64,000 nucleotides of DNA from Anaeromyxobacteraceae bacterium (lineage in GTDB: Bacteria > Myxococcota > Myxococcia > Myxococcales > Anaeromyxobacteraceae), in the NCBI GenBank assembly GCA_047602405.1, contig JASGHJ010000001.1, positions 1,856,001 through 1,920,000 on the forward strand. Direction: 5' to 3'. The first letter of the stretch is position 1. Each line of letters begins with the position of its first letter. Made by a program: the position numbers and the translations under genes. Under the pieces are notes generated by a model. The model saw nothing but the letters and a program-made list of their open reading frames with translations, ran no database searches and was not told the origin of the DNA. Of this stretch, positions 59,678-64,000 are shown piece by piece.

Positions 59678-60993
59678 CCGTGCTCCTCATGGACCTCGAG
59701 CTCGCGGGCCGCAACCTCGCCCGCCACGCCCGCCGGAACCTGTTCCTCGGCGGCGCGCTCGGCGCGGTGACCTTCCTCCTCGTGCTCCTCGGCGGCCTCA
59801 CCACCGCCATGGAGCAGGCGATGATGCAGTCCGCCGAGACGCTCCTCACCGGCCACGTCAACGTGGGCGGCTTCTTCAAGGTGACCGCCGGCAGCGCGGC
59901 GCCGCTCGTCTCGGACTACCCGAAGGCGCTCGAGACCCTGAAGAAGGAGGTGCCGGACATCGACTTCTACACCTCGCGCGTGCGCGCCTGGGCGAAGGCG
60001 GTCTCCGAGACCTCCTCAATGGACCTCGTGCTCGGCGGCATCGAGGTCGACGAGGAGCCGGCGCTCCCGAAGGTGCTCAACGTCATGGAGGGCAGCCTCG
60101 ACGAGCTCCGGAAGCCCGGCACGCTGCTCCTGTTCGAGGCGCAGGCGAAGCGGCTCAAGGTGAAGGTGGGCGACGCGATCACCATCTCCGCCCCGACCGC
60201 CCGCGGGGTTAACAACACCGCCGACGTGCGGGTGGCCGCGGTCGCCCGCGACGTGGGGCTGCTCTCGTCCTTCTCGGCGCTCATGGAGGCCTCCTCCGTG
60301 CGCGCGCTCTACGGCCTCAACACGACCACCACCGGCGCCATCCACGTGTACCTGAAGGACGCCTCGCCCGAGCACCTCAAGGCCGTCGCCGCGCGGCTGC
60401 GCACCGCCTACTCGAACGCGGGCTGGCGGGTGATGGAGCCGGAGGCGCAGCCGTACTGGATGAAGCTCATGCAGACGGTGCCGGCGGAGGACTGGACCGG
60501 CCAGAAGCTCGACATCACCACCGCCGACGACGAGATGGGGCAGTTCAAGCAGTTCATCACGGCGCTCCGGGTGGTGACCGGCCTGCTCGTCTTCATCCTC
60601 ATGATCGTGGTGGTCATCGGCATCCTCACGACGCTCACGATCGCGGTGCGCGAGCGGACGAAGGAGATCGGCACGCTGCGCGCCATCGGCATGCAGCGGA
60701 CGAAGGTGCTCTGGCTCTTCGTGCTCGAGACCGGGCTCCTCGGCCTCCTCGGCACCCTGGCCGGGGCCCTGGGCGCGGCCGCGCTCGCCGGCCTCGTCAA
60801 CCGCGCCTCCATCGCGCTGCCCGCCGCGGTCCAGGTGTTCCTCGCGATGGACCACCTCCGCATCGCGCTCGTCCCCGCCGCGATCCTCGGAAACATCGTG
60901 TTCCTCACGGTCGTGACCGTGTTCGCCTCGATCTTCCCCGCCCGCCGCGCCGCGCGCCTGAAGCCCGTCACGGCCATGCACCACATCGGATGA
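59674..60993 (+). CDS. FtsX/MacB-type ABC permease
   Basis: RNLARH.RR, ERTKEIGTLRAIG, PARRAARLKPV. Confidence 0.9.
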   Translation: MTVLLMDLELAGRNLARHARRNLFLGGALGAVTFLLVLLGGLTTAMEQAMMQSAETLLTGHVNVGGFFKVTAGSAAPLVSDYPKALETLKKEVPDIDFYTSRVRAWAKAVSETSSMDLVLGGIEVDEEPALPKVLNVMEGSLDELRKPGTLLLFEAQAKRLKVKVGDAITISAPTARGVNNTADVRVAAVARDVGLLSSFSALMEASSVRALYGLNTTTTGAIHVYLKDASPEHLKAVAARLRTAYSNAGWRVMEPEAQPYWMKLMQTVPAEDWTGQKLDITTADDEMGQFKQFITALRVVTGLLVFILMIVVVIGILTTLTIAVRERTKEIGTLRAIGMQRTKVLWLFVLETGLLGLLGTLAGALGAAALAGLVNRASIALPAAVQVFLAMDHLRIALVPAAILGNIVFLTVVTVFASIFPARRAARLKPVTAMHHIG

Positions 60994-61775
60994 CCGCCAT
61001 GAACCGCCTCGCCACCGCCGCCGCCCTCGCCCTCGCCGGCCTCCTGGCCGGGCCCGCCCGCGCCCTGACCGACGCGGAGCTCGCCTCCATCGTGAAGGTC
61101 ATCGACGACCGCCAGCGCAACTCCGGCGACTGGAAGGCGCTCTGCTGGATGGAGGCGAAGGAGAAGGGCAAGACCGACGTCGTCTACGAGCTGCTCGTCT
61201 ACCGCCGCGACGCGGACGACAAGCAGATGTTCCTGTTCACGAAGCCGAAGGCGGAGGCGGGGAAGGGCTACCTGCGCCTCGACAAGAACCTCTGGCTCTT
61301 CGACCCCTCGACCGGCCGGTGGGAGCGCCGCACCGAGCGGGAGCGCATCGGCGGCACCGACACCCGCCGCGGCGACCTCGACGAGTCGCGCCTCGCCGAG
61401 GAGTTCGACGCGAAGTACCTCGGCGAGGGCACCCTGGGCGCCTTCACCGTCCAGAAGATCCAGCTCGACGTGAAGCCGAACGTGGACGTCGCGTTCCCGC
61501 GCATCGAGCTGTGGGTCGACAAGGCGACGCTCAACGTGCTGAAGCGCTCGGAGTACGCGCTCTCCGGGAAGCTGATGCGCACGAACTACTACCCGCGCTG
61601 GAAGAAGATCTACTCCGAGTCGAAGAAGGGCGAGGTCTGGTTCCCGGAGGAGATGCGGATCTTCGACGAGATCGAGAAGGGCAACTCGACGACCATCCTG
61701 ATCAAGGAGGTCGACCTGAGGCCCCTCGAGGCGAACATGTTCACGAAGGCGTGGCTGGAGTCGAAGTCCAGGTAG
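60990..61775 (+). CDS. outer-membrane lipoprotein-sorting (LolA-like) protein
   Basis: Signal peptide; F..P..EAGKGYL...NLW..DP; GTD...D; Y..SGKLMR. Confidence 0.8.
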   Translation: MTAMNRLATAAALALAGLLAGPARALTDAELASIVKVIDDRQRNSGDWKALCWMEAKEKGKTDVVYELLVYRRDADDKQMFLFTKPKAEAGKGYLRLDKNLWLFDPSTGRWERRTERERIGGTDTRRGDLDESRLAEEFDAKYLGEGTLGAFTVQKIQLDVKPNVDVAFPRIELWVDKATLNVLKRSEYALSGKLMRTNYYPRWKKIYSESKKGEVWFPEEMRIFDEIEKGNSTTILIKEVDLRPLEANMFTKAWLESKSR

Positions 61776-61780
61776 CCACC

Positions 61781-63371
61781 ATGAGAACCTTCGCGCTCGT
61801 CGTCGTCGCTGCGCTGCCGGCGCTGGCTCTCCCTCAGGAGCGTCCCACCGAGGACGAGCTTCTTCGGGAAGCCCGCCGCGCCCGCGGAGCCCTCCACGCA
61901 GAAGCCGCCGCCCGACCCGGGCGACCGCGCCGCGCACGAGGCCGAGATGTTCGGCTCCACTGGCGCGCCCGCCTCGCAGCCGCCGCCGCCCGAGGGGCTC
62001 ATCAAGAAGGACCAGGAGGATCCGCTCAAGATCGGCGGGCAGGTCTACCTGCGTGGCCAGGCCGCCTGGTACGAGCGCCAGTCGGGCTCGGAGGGTCCGC
62101 TCTCCACCCCGAACCTCGTCGACCTCTTCCTCGACGCGCGCCCCAACGACCGCGTCCGCGCCTTCGCGCTCGCGCGCACGAGCTGGAATCCCACCGGCGG
62201 CGGCTCGGCCGGGCCGTTCCAGGACCTCCTCGGCGCGCTCGGCGTGCCGCCGGCCTCCACCGCGAGCACGCAGCCCCGCGCCGTGCTCGACCAGCTCTGG
62301 CTCAACTTCGACGCGGACCGGAAGGTCTTCGTCACGGTCGGCAAGCAGCACGTGAAGTGGGGCGTGGGCAAGTTCTGGAACCCCACCGACTACCTCCACC
62401 CCACGAAGCGCGACCCGCTCGCCGTCTTCGACGCGCGCACCGGCACGACGATGATCCGCGCGCACGTGCCCTGGGAGAAGTACGGCTGGAACTTCTACGG
62501 CATCGGCCTCCTCGAGGACGCCTCCGGCGCGGCGCAGCCGGTCGACACCGTCGGCCGGGTCGGCGGCGGCGCGCGCGCCGAGCTCGTCCTCGGCGCCGCG
62601 GAGCTCGGCCTCGACGCGCTCGTGCAGAAGGGCAACCACCCGCGCTTCGGCGTGGACCTCTCCGCCGGCATCTGGGAGCTCGACCTCTACTCCGAGCTCG
62701 CGGTGCGCACGCAGACCGACGTCGGCCGCTGGAGACAGGTGGACGCGACGGCCGGGCTCAACCAGCGCTACGCGCGGGTGGAGAGCTCCGGCTTCGAGCC
62801 GCAGCTCGTGGTGGGCGGCAGCTGGACGCGGCAGTACGGGAAGGACCAGGACACGTTCACGCTGGGCCTCGAGTACTTCTGGAACGGCTTCGGGTACGAC
62901 GACCCGCACATCTACCCGTTCCTCCTCGTCGGCGCGCCCGCCTGGAACGGCAAGGAGCCGGTCGTCGGAGGCGTGCCGAGCGACTACCTCACGTTCCGCG
63001 ACCCGCGCGCGTTCACGTCCTTCTACCTGGGCCGGCACTACCTCGGCGCGTACGCGATGCTGCCGCAGCCCGGCTCGTGGAACGACACCACCTTCACGCT
63101 CTCGGCGCTCGGAAACGTCACCGACAAGAGCTTCGTGGTCCGGCTCGATCACTCGGTGCTCGTGAACACCTACCTGCGCGTCGAGACCTTCGTGTCCGTG
63201 AACGGCGGCGCGAAGGGCGGCGAGTTCCGCCTGGGCCTCGACCTCGAGCCGCAGCTCGTGGTGAAGGGCGTGGCGCCGGACCCGGACATCTACTTCCCGG
63301 CGCAGGGGTCCACGCTCTCCATCCCGGCCCCGGTCGTGTCGGCCGGCGTGGCGTTGAGGGTGAGCCTCTAG
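61781..63371 (+). CDS. predicted outer-membrane beta-barrel protein, apparent +1 frameshift at ~61860
   Basis: Signal peptide from ATG 61781 joins the 61947 ORF after removing one T; GKQ.VKWG.G.FWNPTD; amphipathic C-terminus LRVSL. Confidence 0.7.
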
Positions 63372-63464
63372 ACCGAGATCTTTGTCAGGAACGCCTGCAG
63401 GACGAGCTCCGGGCCACGTCCCCCTGCTCCCCCGGCACAGCTGGGGCTCGGATACACTGCGGGT

Positions 63465-64000
63465 ATGTGTCCCGCCTCCGCAGCTGCCGCGCGCTGTACC
63501 CGCCATCCGGGTGTCAGGGCCGGCTGGCGCTGCACGGCGTGCGGCTCGGCGCTGTGCCCCGGCTGCACGTACGTGGCCCGGGCAGGTGGGCTCGACCTCC
63601 CATCGTGCGTGTCGTGTCGCGGCCTCGCCGAGGTGCTGAAGGCGCCGCGCTCCGAGCTCACGTCCTACCTCCAGCACGTGGGCCGGGCGCTCCGCTACCC
63701 AGTGAAGCCGGCGTCGATGCTGGCCATCTTCGGGTGTGCGCTCGTGATGCTGATGGTGTCGTTCGTGCCCCTCATCGGTGGGTTCGCCGCCTTCGGGATC
63801 CGGTGGTCGTTCCTGCTCGCGATCATCCGCCAGGCCTCTCGCGGCGCGGACGAGTTCCAGGCGCCGGAGGCGGCGGACCCGTGGGATGGCATCCTGGCCC
63901 CCGGCGCGCGGGGCCTCATGGCGCTCGCGATCCTGTGGGTGCCGGCCATCTTCCGCGCGGGGAGCCTCCTCGCCTCCGGGCGAGTGGAGTCGGCCGCCGA
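63465..64000 (+). CDS. B-box-type zinc-finger membrane protein, runs off the window
   Basis: CTRHP...WRCTACGSALCPGC...CVSC followed by hydrophobic segments; absent from the ORF track because there is no stop. Confidence 0.7.
   Translation, partial: MCPASAAAARCTRHPGVRAGWRCTACGSALCPGCTYVARAGGLDLPSCVSCRGLAEVLKAPRSELTSYLQHVGRALRYPVKPASMLAIFGCALVMLMVSFVPLIGGFAAFGIRWSFLLAIIRQASRGADEFQAPEAADPWDGILAPGARGLMALAILWVPAIFRAGSLLASGRVESAA

Overview
Very GC-rich bacterial DNA. Gene content and style suggest Myxococcota (Anaeromyxobacter-like); this is inference, not a database result. Housekeeping genes (glmS, glmU, ggt, moaC, trxB, tam, ispG, proS, pyrF) are interspersed with an MCP-less Wsp-type chemosensory cluster, a toxin-first RelE/XRE toxin-antitoxin pair, and a divergent aminotransferase/dehydrogenase + CDP-alcohol phosphotransferase/GtrA/HAD cluster. 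Also present are a hybrid histidine kinase, an ABC-permease/M1-peptidase fusion, an 1812-aa RCC1/multiheme/Ig-repeat lipoprotein, and a GbsR-regulated LolD/FtsX/FtsX/LolA-like/beta-barrel operon. The most striking feature is a small stand-alone GIY-YIG nuclease gene (36788-37096) bracketed by inverted copies of a ~50-nt structured palindromic repeat, with six tandem copies upstream. More copies are dispersed across the window, one in frame inside cheR, and they show compensatory base changes in both stems. This resembles a REP/RAYT system with a GIY-YIG enzyme in place of the tyrosine transposase. Six genes carry single extra-base frameshifts that are probably systematic sequencing errors. No rRNA, tRNA or CRISPR array was recognised.
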